DNA from: Pseudovirgaria hyperparasitica
Lineage: Eukaryota
Direction: 5' to 3' (one strand)
NCBI GenBank assembly: GCA_010093815.1
Contig: ML996574.1
Length of the DNA: 64,000 nucleotides
The notes under the pieces were generated by a model, which saw only the letters and a program-made list of their open reading frames with translations, had not been told where the DNA came from and ran no database searches. Below, piece after piece: positions 35,630-50,166 of this stretch. Each line of letters begins with the position of its first letter. The stretch's first letter is position 1. The translations under genes were made by a program, and so were the position numbers.

Positions 35630-38629
35630 GAAGATCATATAGGGAAGCATGGAGTTTCGGCGTGTCTGGACATGGCCATTCAAATGTAAGCGCGCATATC
35701 ATAAGGTATTTCTGAATCTAATGACTGATGCTCGGAATGAAGATTATATGCTGAACATGTGACGGACCAAATCGCTCAGGCGTAGAATATATTCACGCTT
35801 CAGGCTTCTTGGTGGCCATATCGGTAGCTCTCATTCTTCCAGTAATATTAGGTTCACTTAAGCAAGTATTTTGAACAATATACTGACAACAACAGGAAAA
35901 CGCGAGTACTAATAAGCGAATTAGATGGGTCGGAGTTGATGAATGACCAGTCGGACAAGTGAACAAGGTAATCACCGCCTTCATGTAACATGTCTGCAGC
36001 TTTAGTGTCTGTCTTTGACCGCTACCTGTATGTATGAGCACCTGCTTGGTCAGTGGCTTTAGACACTGGGCAAATGAACCTGGCAAGCAGGCCCTTCTCG
36101 GCCGTGCCTAGAACATTGAGAGGCAACAGACGTATAAACAAAGCAATTAAAGGACTAAAGCATATTTCATATATCTGCTGTACTTCCACACCGACGACTT
36201 ATATCTTATATTTGACGCATTCACGATACCTGCTGTTTCATTGATTTCAACCTTTGTCTAATGTAGCCCACAACACGGAGCGCAGTCCGTGGACCTGCCT
36301 AGATTGACGCCATCCTTCTCGAGTATTTGAATAGTGGCAGCCACGTGTACATTCACATATAAAGGTTCCGGTCCGCCACGTCTTCAGGGGTCTCCTACAT
36401 CGACAGCTGAACTGTGTGTGTAAAGCTTTCGAGATCCAGTGCAAGTTGAATGCAGTGCAGCGCATGAGGTCATCTCGGGAGAGGCGATGGCGATCTGGAG
36501 CCTCCTTCAATGCACTCGGCCGAGGCATTCCTGGAATGTCAGCTCTTCATGTTTGAGGCTTTTGGCTCAAGCTCGGCGCGATCGATTGTCTTGATGGCTA
36601 TCAAATGTTGTGAAATGGTGGCCGAGTCGATAAAACACATAGGGGCGGTAAAGACATATATGGCATGCCTATGAATATCAAACATTACTACTTCGGACCG
36701 CTAGTAACACTAGTTGCTGGCGCATTTCCCACAAATGGAAAGACATTCTACATTACAACGGCGCTACCGACGATAGATGCCCTGAAGATTGCTACAGAAG
36801 TTTAGTGAGAATTAGAGTTGCGATTCGATGCTTGAGGTGCAAGTATGCCAAGCCAAGATTGGGTGGGTACTGAAGGGGTTCGGCCGTCTGCATTGTGATA
36901 ATAAACCTCTTCCGACTACGCACGCAACAAGCAATGATGTGTTTCGGAGAAAAACCCCATGTGGGTTGATTACTGCCCTGATCTACCAAACGAATCCACA
37001 GCGGATGAATGGCTATATCTGGGAAGCCAGTGGGCCTAAATCGTAGGAAGGTTCTGTGGCTTGCCTGGTATTATGTGGATTTGATTGGCTACAACGCTCC
37101 CTACCATGGTTTGCCCGAGAGAAAAGTCTAGATTAAAGCCACGGAAAGGAATCTCCGCGCTGAAATGATAGATTTTTCCGGAAGCCACAAAAACAAGACT
37201 CCGAATCGCGGGCACTAACTGACGGCTGACGCGCGCTAATGACTCGATGCTCTACAGCGTTCGTGAAAAGGGATCGGAGATCATTCCGCATTTTCCTTGT
37301 GCGCGGAGCAACTTGAGGAGGAATGAAAATAAGTGATCCGGGGGCTGGACAATGCCATGAGAGGGCACACTTGTGAACACGTTAGATAACATGCAATACA
37401 AGGTCGTATAGGTTTGAAACAAAGCGCAACAATCAAGAAATGGATGAACAAAAACATGAAGTTTCGAACTCAAGGGTCTGAATGATGGCCCAAGTTTTGA
37501 GGCTAGGTCGCCCCGAGGAAGCACGAGCATGTTTCCCGAAAGAGAAGGTCGCGGAGAACGAAGGATTGGTTGTTGATAATTCTTTGACCTGACCAGAATA
37601 TATTCATCTCAAAGGAAAGTGATAATATCACCAGGATCCTTATAGAAAATGCTGCTAGCAAGATCCGTGGCGACGCGTTCTCCGGATTTCGGCAGAGGCG
37701 CCGTGGTATTGCGCGTCTTCAGCTTGATATGTTCGGACCCTGTGAGTTAGCAAGGATGTGCACAAGGTACAGATTTCATGGCGGCGTTTCGTAGGAAAAT
37801 GCGGTTCAATCCTAGATATACTTGATAGTAGGCAGCAGAAAGCCGCCTGGTTGCCGTTGGCTTGCGGCGGTATATTGGATCGCCCATGTGGCGTGAGCGG
37901 GAGCTGAATGATCGTGCTGCTAGAACCCGGCTGCTTCACGATAGTCAACAGTCGGTCACGAAGTGGAGGACTGGAGCTGATGCAGTTTACATGATCGATC
38001 AATAGTCAGCTGGATCCTGCCCGAAACCGTTCTGTCGGTCCTGGCGGTGGCTTTTGTCTAGACAAGTTCTCTCCCACCAGCATTCGGCTATTCCGTGGGT
38101 ATAGACGAGATGTCATCAAACGAACGAGTCTGAAAACAAGCAAGGTACACACGAGTAGCGGATTGGACGCACGATGGTGTCGAGGACTTGTGAGGCAATG
38201 AGCGTTGTAAACGGGCGCGGGCGAGAAGCATGTTGGATGTAATGGATGTTGGATGTTGGATGTTGATGATCAATTACTAAATTGGAGCATACTGGGTCTC
38301 GGTCTCGCCGGAGACGCTAGTAGCTATCAAGTCTAGCCTCGATATATACACCAATGACAGCTGTACGACGCTGGGCCAGATCTGGCTTGGCCATGCACAC
38401 TTTGCCGACGCTGGGCCCTCTCGCTGCATCAGCATCAGCATCAGCACAACAATCCTATGGCGATCGACATGCCTGTCTCCAAGACGCGTGGTATCCATGT
38501 CTCACTTGAGCCAAGCAAAATCCACTGTCTGAAGTCAGGAGTATACCTGCAACTTTCCTCGGTAGGCTTGCCACTACCCGCAGGCACGTCCGCAATGGCT
38601 GCTTTGGTGGACCGGGCCATTCTATATGA

Positions 38630-39871
38630 ATGTCCATCGTGTCCAGCTGGGTCTCGATGAGGTGGCGGAGGATGCTCTCTGACTTCATCTTGGATCTTCA
38701 AGAAGAGGAGCGTACAAGTAATACGATCATTGCTCCGTCCAATCGTTCAATGCACGCCACTTCGAATCTGACAAGCCACCCCACAGCCGTGGACAGTACG
38801 TCCCTTGTGTACTACGACTATCTGAAAAATCTGATTCCTTCTTCGGAGTCTGAAGTGATTATCAAGAAGGAGAAGAGTCACGAATGTCCTGTTTGCCACA
38901 AGTCTTTTACACGGAAGGCCATATACCTCGACCACTATCGCAGCCAACACTCCGATGAACGCATTCTTTGCAGTATCTGCAGCAAACCATTTAAGCGACA
39001 GAACGACCGCCGAAGGCACGAAAAACTGCATTCCGACGAACGCGCTTTCCGATGTCAAGGAGAGAATGAGAATGCGCATCTTGGTTGTGGCAAGCGCTTT
39101 GCTCGCCTGCACTCGCTAAGAGAGCACCAACGGCGAAAACCCGAAACATCTTGCTATGAGCTCATTTCGAAGATACAATCAAGGCGGTCGTCTGCAACTA
39201 CATCGATTCCATCAGAACCTGATTCGTTAAGCGAAGATGACGGGGACGTCGACGAGGAAGATTTGGTCATGCAGAGTATCGAACCAATCGAAATCATTGA
39301 TTCGCCCACCGAATACGATATGGAGTATATTGAAGACACGAAACCTGTCACATCGACGCCACCAGTACCTCATATCTCCATCCAATCCGCTCACATATCA
39401 TGGCCCTCTGTAATAGAGGCCAAGATTCGGCAACAGGCAGGACGTGCTCTCGCCGCTACCCACCACGAGCAGGTCCAACGGAACGTCGACGTCAAGAATT
39501 CAGTACCATCGCCATCTAATGGATCGGCATACCACTGCTGGCTATGTCCCAGTAGGTATACGCGGAAAGAGTCGTTCGAATTTCACCTACAGCATCACTT
39601 CCACGAATTGGAACAACGGCCGTATCACTGCTCCCAGTGTGGAGGGGATTTCTCTCTCATCGGCCATCTCAATACTCATATGTCAAACTGTACAGCTGCA
39701 TTTGGCTTATTCCGGTGTAATTACGGCTGTGGTCGTGCCTTTCCATCGAAAGAGGACATGATTCAACATTGTAACGCTCCAGATGATACTGGATGCTTCG
39801 AGAAAGTCGGAAGATATGAACAGCATGTGAAGGCAATAATTCTAAATCGCTTGGCACAGCTCAAGGTGTAA
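38630..39871 (+). CDS. C2H2 zinc-finger protein; start uncertain
   Basis: CPVCHKSF..H..H, CSICSKPF..RHEKLH, GCGKRFAR..H, and a second finger cluster CWLC/CSQC/CNYGC. Confidence 0.82.
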   Translation: MSIVSSWVSMRWRRMLSDFILDLQEEERTSNTIIAPSNRSMHATSNLTSHPTAVDSTSLVYYDYLKNLIPSSESEVIIKKEKSHECPVCHKSFTRKAIYLDHYRSQHSDERILCSICSKPFKRQNDRRRHEKLHSDERAFRCQGENENAHLGCGKRFARLHSLREHQRRKPETSCYELISKIQSRRSSATTSIPSEPDSLSEDDGDVDEEDLVMQSIEPIEIIDSPTEYDMEYIEDTKPVTSTPPVPHISIQSAHISWPSVIEAKIRQQAGRALAATHHEQVQRNVDVKNSVPSPSNGSAYHCWLCPSRYTRKESFEFHLQHHFHELEQRPYHCSQCGGDFSLIGHLNTHMSNCTAAFGLFRCNYGCGRAFPSKEDMIQHCNAPDDTGCFEKVGRYEQHVKAIILNRLAQLKV

Positions 39872-41038
39872 CAAATGAAGCACACCCAGAGAGCTATTAG
39901 ACATCATTGATTAGCGCATTTTAGACGGGGTTTGGGCATACACATTATGAAGTCACGAGTTTACGAATAGCTGTTAGATACAAACACAATGGCAAAATTA
40001 AAAACCAACTATAATCATTTAACTAGCCCCTTTGACCGTATTAGTCTTGCATTGATGCCAGGTCATGGCCAAATGTATACATTTCGAATGATTCGACATA
40101 GTTCAAGGGGATTGATTCGTGCTGTCGATAATCCTATCGTAAGACATAATCTCACATCACATAAGCGGTTTTCACATTGTCATGATCGACCGGTGAACGA
40201 TAAACGCCAGTCACGGCTCGATCTTGGCATTACTTATATCTCTGGGTTGTCAAATCCTGAGATTCCTTCAGTCTAATACCTTTCGCTAATATGTGCTCTA
40301 GACATCGCGGCACAGAAACCTTAATTTCGGCAAACTATGAATACACATGTCACAGGACTTGTTGGGGATTGACATGTAAACGCACATACCGGATTCGGAA
40401 AGGTGGTCCTATTGTGGCATTGGGGCGAAAAGGGAGGCAAGAGTGCTCATTCGGAGCTAATCAGCCCGAACTGGCTACCTTTCACCCTGAGCCGAGCCCC
40501 GAAGATCCGGAGAACAACCACCCAAAGTCGTTTTGCATATATAACCCGCCCTCGACCTCGGGATACCTACAAACTCTGACCACAGTGCGGATCATGATCA
40601 TCGCCGCAATGCAAGGCTACGCTATCCGTTAAGAAAAAGGTTTCTTCCACGAGTAAGCTGTGCGCCCGCTCAGACAGGCTGCGTGCAACATTCACCGAGA
40701 TGTTCTACCCACCGGACGCACGCGTCCGACATTGCCAGGCGCGCGTGGCCCAGGAAGCGTTCTTGATGAGCCTTAGATGAACGGACGAAAGGCATCTCTG
40801 CCTCGTGGCACAAGAAAGTCGTTGCGTAATATACTTGCAACCTGTACGCTTCTACACGTGGCTATCTGCTTGTAACACTGCCATGCAAGCTTATATTGCA
40901 CTCCACTATAGGTGGTATTGTGGGGTACAGTATATGAGTTTATATATGACTTGACAGTAGCGATTTCTTTCTTTTCCGTATCGCTGGGTCGTTTTCTTCT
41001 TTTCCCGTCTTCAGGTGAAACTTGTCTCATCAGCAGAT

Positions 41039-41984
41039 ATGAGGTCGTCGACGCTTTTCGTTGCAGCCGTCATGGCTCTCGAGTCTCTGGCCGCGCCGGG
41101 CGGGTCTCTTGAGAAGCGTGCCCCTGTTGTGTATCTGGCGGGAGACTCGACTATGGCGGAGAATGGCGGTGGTAGCGGCACTCAAGGCTGGGGCCATTAC
41201 TTACCCTACTCGCTCTCCATATCTGTTGTAAACAGTGCTATTGGCGGTCGGTCTGCGCGTAGCTACACCGTTGAGAGTCGCTTCCAGGCCATTGCCGACA
41301 AGGTCAAGTCCGGTGACATTGTCATTATCGGTGCGTATACTATCCGTTCCAGCCATTCAATTCCATTCCTTCATCACTGCGATCAACGACTGTCCACAAA
41401 TGGGTTGAGGGCATCACTTGTTTTCGCCAATCATCTCGTCTCCAAGTCCTCTACCTCCCTAACCCTACCCACCAGAATTTGGCCACAACGACGGCGGCTC
41501 CCTCACCCCAACCGACAACGGCCGCACCGACTGCCCGGGCGCCGGCTCGGAAACATGCACCTCGACCTACAACGGCGCAACCGTCACCGTGCTGACATAT
41601 CCCGCATACCTCCAGAACGCCGCCAAACTACTCATCTCCAAAGGCGCCAAGGTAATCATCTCGTCTCCCACGCCCAACAACCCCTGGGAAAGTGGCAGCT
41701 TCTCCTACAGCGCGAGCCGCTTCACAACATACTCCAAAGCCGCCGCATCGGCGACCAAGAGCAGCTTTGTCGATCACGGCCAGTACACGGCGAATATCTG
41801 GCAGAGTCAGGGGAAGAGTGTGGTCGATGCGTTTTTCCCGAACGATCATACTCATACGAGTGGACCGGGGGCGGATACGGTTGCAAAGGCGTTTGTGAAA
41901 GGGGTTGCGTGTGTAGGAAGTGCGAATCCATTAGCAGCATATGTGAAGAATTCGACGGCGAGTATTCCGGGGTCGTGTATTTGA
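41039..41984 (+). CDS. Secreted rhamnogalacturonan acetylesterase (CE12, SGNH hydrolase)
   Basis: Signal peptide, KR site, [20 protein letters not shown], intron 41331-41475 giving [14 protein letters not shown]. Confidence 0.93.
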
Positions 41985-42354
41985 TATGAATCAAACAATG
42001 GACGCCGATTTGTATATATGAGAATTGCAATTCCGAATAAACAATCTATGTTTACAGAACTATCATCTCTTAGCCTGGCGTTGTGGAGTAATTAATCATA
42101 CATATGTTGAGTAGCGTTGTGCTTGGTAGGTGAGGATTTTGCATCAGTTTAGAAGACAGATGAGACGGTACCAAAGCCCGATGAAAATTTCTGCAAAAGT
42201 AATAAATGATAGTTACAAGAAGATAAAAAATTCACCACTGTCGTTCGCCAGGAATCTGACCCCCCCCCTTTCTTTTCTTGCGCCCCCATCTCGAACCCTA
42301 CCATCTTGAAACCTGACAGTCTCATCGTACCCAATCCTTCTGTTATTCTCCACT

Positions 42355-43221
42355 CTAACAAGCTGACATCGACTCCTTGTAGATGCAAGCATCACTCGGC
42401 CCGTCACTGACCTCCGTCGGCTCATTGCCGGGTGTCGTGCCTTTGTACTCCACGCACACTTTCTTGACACTGCTGACGCAAGTATTTGCGTCGATGGTAG
42501 ATGTGTCGCCAAAGTTGCTGTTGATGCCGGTGAGCACCTTGCCCGACGTTGCAGAGACATTCTTCAATACGACATGGCGCTCGGCGGACTTCTTGCAGTT
42601 GCCACAGCTGCGGTACAGCTTTCCAAAGTCCACGGCCGTGAAGCCGTCGATGGTGACGGTACCGGCGCCATTGTGCTGGATCACCTTGTCCGAGGCTCCG
42701 GTTGCGCCGCCGCCGGTGATGGTAGCGTTGCCGTCGCCTTTGAGGGAAAGGGCATCTGTAGACACGGGTGAGTATATAGCTTGGCACGGAAGGATGATGG
42801 GAGAGGAGATAGTATGGTAAGGGGGAGAGGGAGGTGTACCTTCACACACGGCCGCCCACCAAACGTTCTCGATAGTGCAGCTGCCCTCGCAGTGCACGCC
42901 CTCAATCTGATCGCTGCCGATGATGGCATTCTTGAGTGTGGCCCCGTCGGCGAGGATGAAGACAGCGTCGGAGTCGTCGCCTTCGTCCTGGCCAGTGCAG
43001 GTCACGCCGCGGCCATATGTCTTCAGGCCACCATCAAACGTGCCCGAGATCTCCTTAGCCGCATCGTAGGTGACGCTGCCCTTGGAGGCAGGGATGGGGA
43101 AGGATGCGCGCTTCTGAAAGACAGAGTGGGTGTTTGCAGTGATGCCGGCTTTGCCAGAAGAGGGGATGGCAAGCACAATGGCAGAAAGGGAGAGAATGAG
43201 AGTGGCGAGTCTGGAGTTCAT
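42355..43221 (-). CDS. Secreted pectate lyase, family PL3
   Basis: Signal peptide, [32 protein letters not shown] (intron 42839-42756), [18 protein letters not shown]. Confidence 0.93.
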   Translation of the reverse strand: MNSRLATLILSLSAIVLAIPSSGKAGITANTHSVFQKRASFPIPASKGSVTYDAAKEISGTFDGGLKTYGRGVTCTGQDEGDDSDAVFILADGATLKNAIIGSDQIEGVHCEGSCTIENVWWAAVCEGTPPSPPYHTISSPIILPCQAIYSPVSTDALSLKGDGNATITGGGATGASDKVIQHNGAGTVTIDGFTAVDFGKLYRSCGNCKKSAERHVVLKNVSATSGKVLTGINSNFGDTSTIDANTCVSSVKKVCVEYKGTTPGNEPTEVSDGPSDACIYKESMSAC

Positions 43222-45153
43222 GATGGCTATGTTGGATATAAGATAAGACTTAATGCTTCCTCTGAGTTGAAATGTGAAGTGAAGGATTGGTCAGACCGCT
43301 AGGGTACAATAATGAATGAATTGAAGACGAAACTCAATTGAAATGTAGAAAGAGTGTGATGGTTGCTGAGTAGAGAAAAGCGAATGTCACGAAGATCAGA
43401 AGCTCCTTTATACTTCGCGATCCTCAGTATGCCACATCATCTCCTTTGTTCCACAAACATGACTTAATCAACAAAAGTGGTCCTTAAACAAAGTAAAAAG
43501 ATGACGGAGATTCCATGTAGCAGCCACATGGGATGCAAGGAGCCGCACTCCACGGCTGTCTGCAGGCGTCGCAATATCCAAGGCAATAAGGATCAGAGCA
43601 GATTCCATCTGTTACCAAGTTAGATGAATGTGGCGTAACAATGAAAACTGGGCTAATCTTTTCACGGCGGAGATATCGCATATATTCGGAAATTCCAGAC
43701 TCGTGAATCCACTCGAACTAGATTGGTAGAGAGACTCATGACTGTCCATAAGGCTCCATCTGACAGACATCAAAGCAAAGACCGACGACAGTGGCGGAGA
43801 CAAGAGGTTTTGCCAAGACCGGTAATGCTTCTGCATCAAGGAATTTACCGGAGACACATGAAACAGTCTGGGACCACAACTTCCAAGCCAGATCAATCTA
43901 TACGAGAACGCCAGCAGCGGCACTGCAGTGGGAACACGATTCGAACAACAGCCGTAGGCAAGAGACTTAGTCCTAAATTTTCCTTGGGTCGAATTGTGAG
44001 GTGTACGCACATAGCGACGCAGGATATATTGTCGGACATGCACACTGGCAAGAGTCGTGGAGATGCGACGATAGTGACTGACCAACACGACAACAAGGGC
44101 ACGTCTTGCAGTGACAAGTGATACCACGAAATCCAGATTCGTGGCCATACGGTGTCTTCACCCCGCAGGTGCAGGTTATTCTTGCTATATTCGATCATAG
44201 GCATGTAGCTACAAACAGCTCGGGTGTATCTGTCATAGTTGTAGTGCTTAGTAGTCATCGGGCATTGAATGTTCGAATAAAGCAATATCGATTAGAAGAA
44301 CCTATGCGTAATGAGCGATCAGAAGTCTGCGCACATGTGTCAGACATAATCAAATAGAGTCGGCAGTGGAGTCGACACTCAAGTCCCGATTCGCGACGGC
44401 TAGTGCTCAAATTGTGGGGAGAGTGATACTGGACTCAGATATGTCGTGAGGAGTGGATTCTACGATACAACCACGTACCTCTGGTGCCGGTGCCTTGTGC
44501 ATTGTGACTCGTGAGTAGAGGATCTGAGTCGCAAAAGCAGAGAACAGTACTTCTACACCAACAACTCGACAACTGTACCTACGCAAGCTATCACGATTGG
44601 TGGGATCTTGCGCCCCACGAACCAGGTGCCTGGACCAAGGAATACAATCCCTGATAGGTGCACCTGAAGGGGGTTCCTGGGGGACTAACGATTCATTGAG
44701 CTTTGATACTACTTTCTGTAAAGCAGTTCCCACTATCAGAGTGGTGTTCTTAGCTCTGATGATAAGTCACCTCAGTGCCTAGGGGCTGGTCGTGCTTTCA
44801 ACAGGCACCTGCATGATTGTGTTACCTAATCCGTCAGCTGAGAGGTACGAGGCTCTGTGCATGGACCCCGTTCATTTGTTTCCACTGCGGTCCAAAATTC
44901 CCTGTACGTAGGGCTCGGAGAAGCTGCTTCGTCGAGGAGTAGCCGAAACGTGGAATGAGTAGTCATTGGTACCGGAGACATTCAGAGGTACGGTGAAACT
45001 TGGAAGTACGTACTTCTCCGGCTTATTTACTTATTCAGATCATAACGCGATAACGATGAGTCGCTCTGCAATGATAGTGGTCGCAGCGCTTGCTTCCACG
45101 AGGAAGACTCCAGTAAATCAGTATAAATAGACACAAATATCAAGGTCCAGGCC

Positions 45154-46335
45154 TCAGTAGCCATCTCCCGGTTTCCACTTCCGACCGGAGTCTAAAGCTC
45201 TGGCTTGTGGGTCTTGACCTCTGGTCTTCGCTTCGGCAACTTGTGCCCATACAACTCTGGAGGCCTCCTTGATCTTTCTTTCAAGCTGGTCCTTTACTCC
45301 GATTGCCGGTTTGCTCATCTCATCTTTCGATTCTTCAAACTCTTTGGTCCAGGAGCTCAGAGATATCTGCATCAGCCGCATATCATTCCAACGATCGGTG
45401 AAATTCTTATATGCTTCATCACCACCAAAGCACACGCCGTAGCCGTCACAGTAACATTTGTCCATGGCCTGACACACTACGGGAGTGTATTCCGTGAATA
45501 TGTAGTGCCAGAGATATTCCCAAACTCTCCCAGACACCAGATCGTGAAGTGGTGTATTGATGATCCATTGTCGGTAAGCTTCGAGCCTCTCGATGGGAAC
45601 CTTCAAGACAGCCTCCTTGGACAGAGCGAACTGTGCACAGCATGGTGTCGCTATAGTCTCAGGAACGTCTCTGTTTGGGAATATTTGCTTGAAAGCTAGT
45701 GCAAGTTCGCGTTCTTCGGGCTTCGAGATGTCTGTACGATTCGATGGGTCATAGGGATGCATCCAGTCAGGACAACCTGTGGAGGCAACTTAGACGTGTC
45801 TTCAGCAATCAAGATGTAATATCAACGCACCTGGATCCCAATGACAGCGCATGTTGAAGTAACCCTGACGCTTTACGTGTGGTGCACTGAGAGCACGGAG
45901 CATTTGAGCTGCGTCGGAAGCGAAGAGATCATTGTTATGCCATGCAATCTTGTGTGCATGCATGAATGCCATGACATCCGGTAGATTGTCATAGTTGTCG
46001 ATCAGGTATGTCAGATAGACCATACCCTCGTGGCCCTTGTTCATGGGAACTGTAAATTCTGCAGTTGGGTCATCGACTTTGTATATCACACTCTTGACAT
46101 CTGGAACGTCTTTCTCCAGCCAGCTTGTGTCTTCGTCCTTTGTACTTGCTATGACAACGACTTTGGATAGGTTGTCTGGTGGTAGGTTGCTTGGTGGTGC
46201 TGGTATACCAGATATGCCTCCTGTAAGCGGGCCATTGGCATTAATAGGAGTCGCAAGAAAGATACGCGTCTGGAAAAGGACGAGGAATATAAAGACAAAG
46301 ACGACGACAATGACAGGCCGTCTAGATGAGATCAT
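45154..46335 (-). CDS. DUF3431-family membrane-anchored protein
   Basis: N-terminal TM segment, NKGHEGMVYLTYLIDNYD.LPD..F.HAH..WHN, RCHWDP|GCPDW (intron 45830-45777), PCCAQFA, GRVWEYLWH. Confidence 0.85.
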
Positions 46336-47794
46336 TGCAGATTGGGCAGGATTATCCCGCAGTGTGTAATTATGTAAAAAGACACGGACGCGTTGTTTTC
46401 TGAGTTCTCTGGGGATAATGAAACTTGGTGGTCGGGGCTTTCACCGGGAGTTGGTGGGGAAGAGGGAAGAGAAGAGGGAAGAGCCGCAGGAGTCCAGACT
46501 GCACGGGCGGACGAACGACGCGCGCTTCGGATCGCCAGCCCCAGCTGGTTGGTTCTAGCGGTCTATTAATTATAGTTTAGGGATCCCTCCATCTTTAAGC
46601 AACGAGAAGGATGACTTGGCTGCTAGGCGTCTCTCTGTTGTGCATACGACAAACAAACTCCCCACTGCCATGGTGCTTGTTCAAGAGCTCAGACATGAAC
46701 ACGAACCACCTACTGGGTGAGCAAGGAGAGGAAAAGCTATTTCATGCCTGATTGCCACATCGTCCAATCTTCCATCACTGTCAAGTGCCATCTCACTCTC
46801 ATTGATCATCAGCAATCTCACCTAAGGCTGCGCATTTGACCTGGATCCTTTTTCCAATTCCCTTCTTTTGCACTCTGCGATGGAAGAGCAGATACACGAC
46901 TCGTCATCACGCGCGCCTGCTCGATGATCCCTCGTCTTGAAGCCTCAGGCAAACAACTACAAGCAACTGAAACGTCTGTCCGGGAAGAGATTCCTTCGTC
47001 CAGGGATTCCAAACAGCGGAAAATGTCAGAAATCATGCCTTTTACAGAATTTGCCAGTCTGTACCAAGGTACGTTTGAGCCCCATGGTGGACAATGGCTA
47101 TGGAATTATGGCTCTCCGATACTGATCGTCGACTCGCACAGCGGTGGCTGTGTTGATCTTATGAAAAGTGGAAACATTACCCTAATTTGCCTTCAGGCGT
47201 TCGCCGTTTTTTTTGGCTCGGTCCCTCATCCTTTGTGACAACACAAGCAGTATTCGAGCAGCGAGTCTTTGAACGTCTCGATCTGATGACACTTGGCTTG
47301 AGGCTTCAACACGCTCGTGGCTGTGTCTCTATCTATACTGTGATCGGCTCGCATAACACTGTCCTGGCTGCGCAGAGCAGTAGGGGTCATATGCTAACAT
47401 ATGTCACACCCATTTCAGCCCCAGTCTCGACCACTCATAGTCTAGAGCCTCAACCGTTTGAGTTATAGTATCACTAACTAACAGCCCTCGCGCTCTCTGA
47501 GTGGCTGAAATAGACTATGATGCTAGTCTCCGTAGGTCCTCCAAATATGTTTCAAAGCATACAAGCTGGGCATAGAAGGGGGCCAGAAAAGCAATACCAG
47601 ACTCCCGTCATCCAACATTCCCTTTTATCTCGATTTGCCCCTTCTTCCTCCGCATCACAGCGACATATCAACCAAGCCAATGTTGTTCTGATACAGCAAC
47701 AGTGGTCACGCCGTAACCACAAGCAATACCAAATTCTCGACCATCCGTCGCTTCCAATCACTTTGCGTCGTTCTTTCCTCTACTGCGATTCTTC

Positions 47795-48800
47795 ATGATC
47801 ACGATGTATTCGTCACATCTCCCACGGATTTTTGTTCTCTCCCTAACGATCTATGGCGTAGTCTATGGGCAAACATGCTATCGTCCGGATGGTAGTGAGT
47901 CTGGAGACACGCCCTGTCAGTCAGGCGACGGCTTGACAGTATTTTGTTGCCCATCTGGCTCAACATGTGTTGCCGACCCAGGACCGATCTGTCTAATGTC
48001 AAACGGAGGGTACCTCCGTGGTAGCTGTACGGCGCAAGACTGGACCACTGACGATTCTACTGCGTGCCCGAAGTTCTGCTTAGGTGCGTACCAAGAAAGG
48101 ACCCATTACCAACAACCTACATGCTAATACACACGCAGCGAAAGATTCAAACCAAGAGGTTGAACGATGTGGATCTTCCAACAACTTCTGCTGTGGTTAC
48201 GACTCGGACCAGAACCTCTGCGACTGTAATCCCAGAAACAATACGTTCGCTCTCGATTCATACGCACCGATCCAAATCGTCAGCTCGATGACCTTGCATC
48301 CAAGTTTCACCTCAGAAGCCCCCTCACAGTCATCGACTCTACCGCCCTCATCAACACCCACTGCAGCCAGCGAAACACCCACCGCAGGGAGCGAAACACC
48401 CGGTGCACAAACGACTGGCTCCAGTGCACCTACAGGATCGCCAACACCCGAAGCGTCTGCGTCTTCTGGCCTGAGCACAGGCGCCAAAGTCGGGCTGGGC
48501 GTCGGCATTCCGATAGGCGTCGCTTTCATTGCTGTACTCGGCTGGCTTGCCTGGAGACAGCGCAAGAAGACCCACAGCGCACCAATCAGTGAGCTCCAGG
48601 GTCAAACCCAACAACCGCAATTCTCTCCGTATCCGGTGGAGCAGAAGCCCGAGTGGATGCAACACCAGGGCGCGTATGGCCAAAACAACTCCTATGCGAA
48701 GACAGCGCCGGTGGAGGTAGATGGAAGTTCCGCGCCGCTGCCGTATGGTGCTCAGGGACCGCCGGCGCCGGTGCATGAGATGCCCACGCAGCAGAGGTGA
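47795..48800 (+). CDS. Cys-rich, Ser/Thr-stalk single-pass membrane protein (Mid2-like architecture)
   Basis: Signal peptide, TCYRPDG..CC..RGSCT..W...CPKFC, intron 48084-48138, GLSTGAKVGLGVGI TM segment followed by RQRKK. Confidence 0.8.
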
Positions 48801-49745
48801 AGAGAGGGACACAACTTTATTGATGTTATAATTAGCGAACATTGCTGTAAAGTTGAACTGGCAAGCCTTTAAGCTATCCTTTCGGCTAAAAGGAACCTTT
48901 CTTAGCGTCTTTTGACAGAACTGCCATTGCAGACTTCTCTTTCCTCAATATACCAATCTCACGATACGAAATATGCCGACTGATTTCGTCGACATTGATG
49001 TTCTACTTAGCCCTGACAAGTGTTCTCCGGGCGTGTGGCCACGCTCACACTGATTAGTGCTCACATATTGATTATAGTCGATCTCGCCATATGTTTCTTC
49101 GTGCCAGTGCCCAACACCTGCGAAGGATGAAGACGCAGCGACTATCAACGAGAAAGCAAATTCAAACATAACCTCTCCCCTAATCATTGCAACCTGTCCA
49201 CATGTCATATCCTCTCCCAGATAAAAAAACCTCTCTCCATAGTAACGCACTACAACAAACAGCATAGCGAGCTAGCACACTTCAAGCACGGTACATCATC
49301 TCTCATAGAAATACAGCTCTGGAACGGCTATACTCTTTAGTCTATAACACTTGATTGACACACACGCGTCTTAGTTGAATTTCCCCGTTTTCAAGACCCT
49401 ATCAGTTTCTGTAGATAGATGTGCGTGGACCTAGAGATGCTCGAGGAGGTTTCTCGGAGAGCCCGCAGGTGGTCACTATTATATCTCCTTGGGCGGAGAA
49501 GGATTTTATTAATCTTGAAAGCATAGAAAGTCGATAGCTAGAAGAGCTTCAAGCTATTTATTATACTAATACATATAAATATTATAACGACTAGACGGAT
49601 TCTAGTTGATATAGTAAGTAAGTATATACTAGAAGAATGGACTCTTAGAGTGTGTTCACTTCGCTGACTTGAGGTGCAAGTGGCTACGTGACTATTATGC
49701 ACGTGCATAGTTCAAATCAGCCGCGAAAAAAAATGGAAAAGGAAA

Positions 49746-49827
49746 TGCCAAACAGCGGAATTGAACCGCTGATCTTATCATCTCGTGGTAGTACAAGTGA
49801 TACGCGTTACCACTGCGCCAGTCTGGC
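49746..49827 (-). tRNA. tRNA-Thr(UGU) with a 10-nt intron
   Basis: Acceptor stem GCCAGAC/GTTTGGC, anticodon stem TATCA/TGATA, TGT at 49795-49793, intron 49791-49782, T-arm AGCGG TTCAATT CCGCT, downstream T-run. Confidence 0.93.
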
Positions 49828-50166
49828 TTTAATTGACAAGATTTGAATTAGATTAAATATACAGTTATGTCAAGCTTGTGATATAAGATTGGAAGAAGAC
49901 TGCAGAAAGAGTCCTAGCTGGGTATGGTGACTATGGTGACGTAGCGGCCTAGACTACCTAATTGGGACTAGCAGCTGGCCTAGCCGACCCCACTTCTCCT
50001 AGTCTCTATTTTATTCCTACGGGTTCTCATAAAAAGATACTAGTCCCCGCTAGCGTCCTCACCAAAACCACGACTAAAAAACCACCTTTTCCCTCATAAT
50101 AAATTAACCACGCCCTTAATCAAAAATCTGTTCCGATAAATCGTGCTCCTAGCTACGCCGAGTAAT

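Noticed and set aside
36247..36528. ORF with weak C2H2-like remnants (SRDDLMRC, CECTRGC)
   Set aside because: His ligands and spacing are missing; too weak
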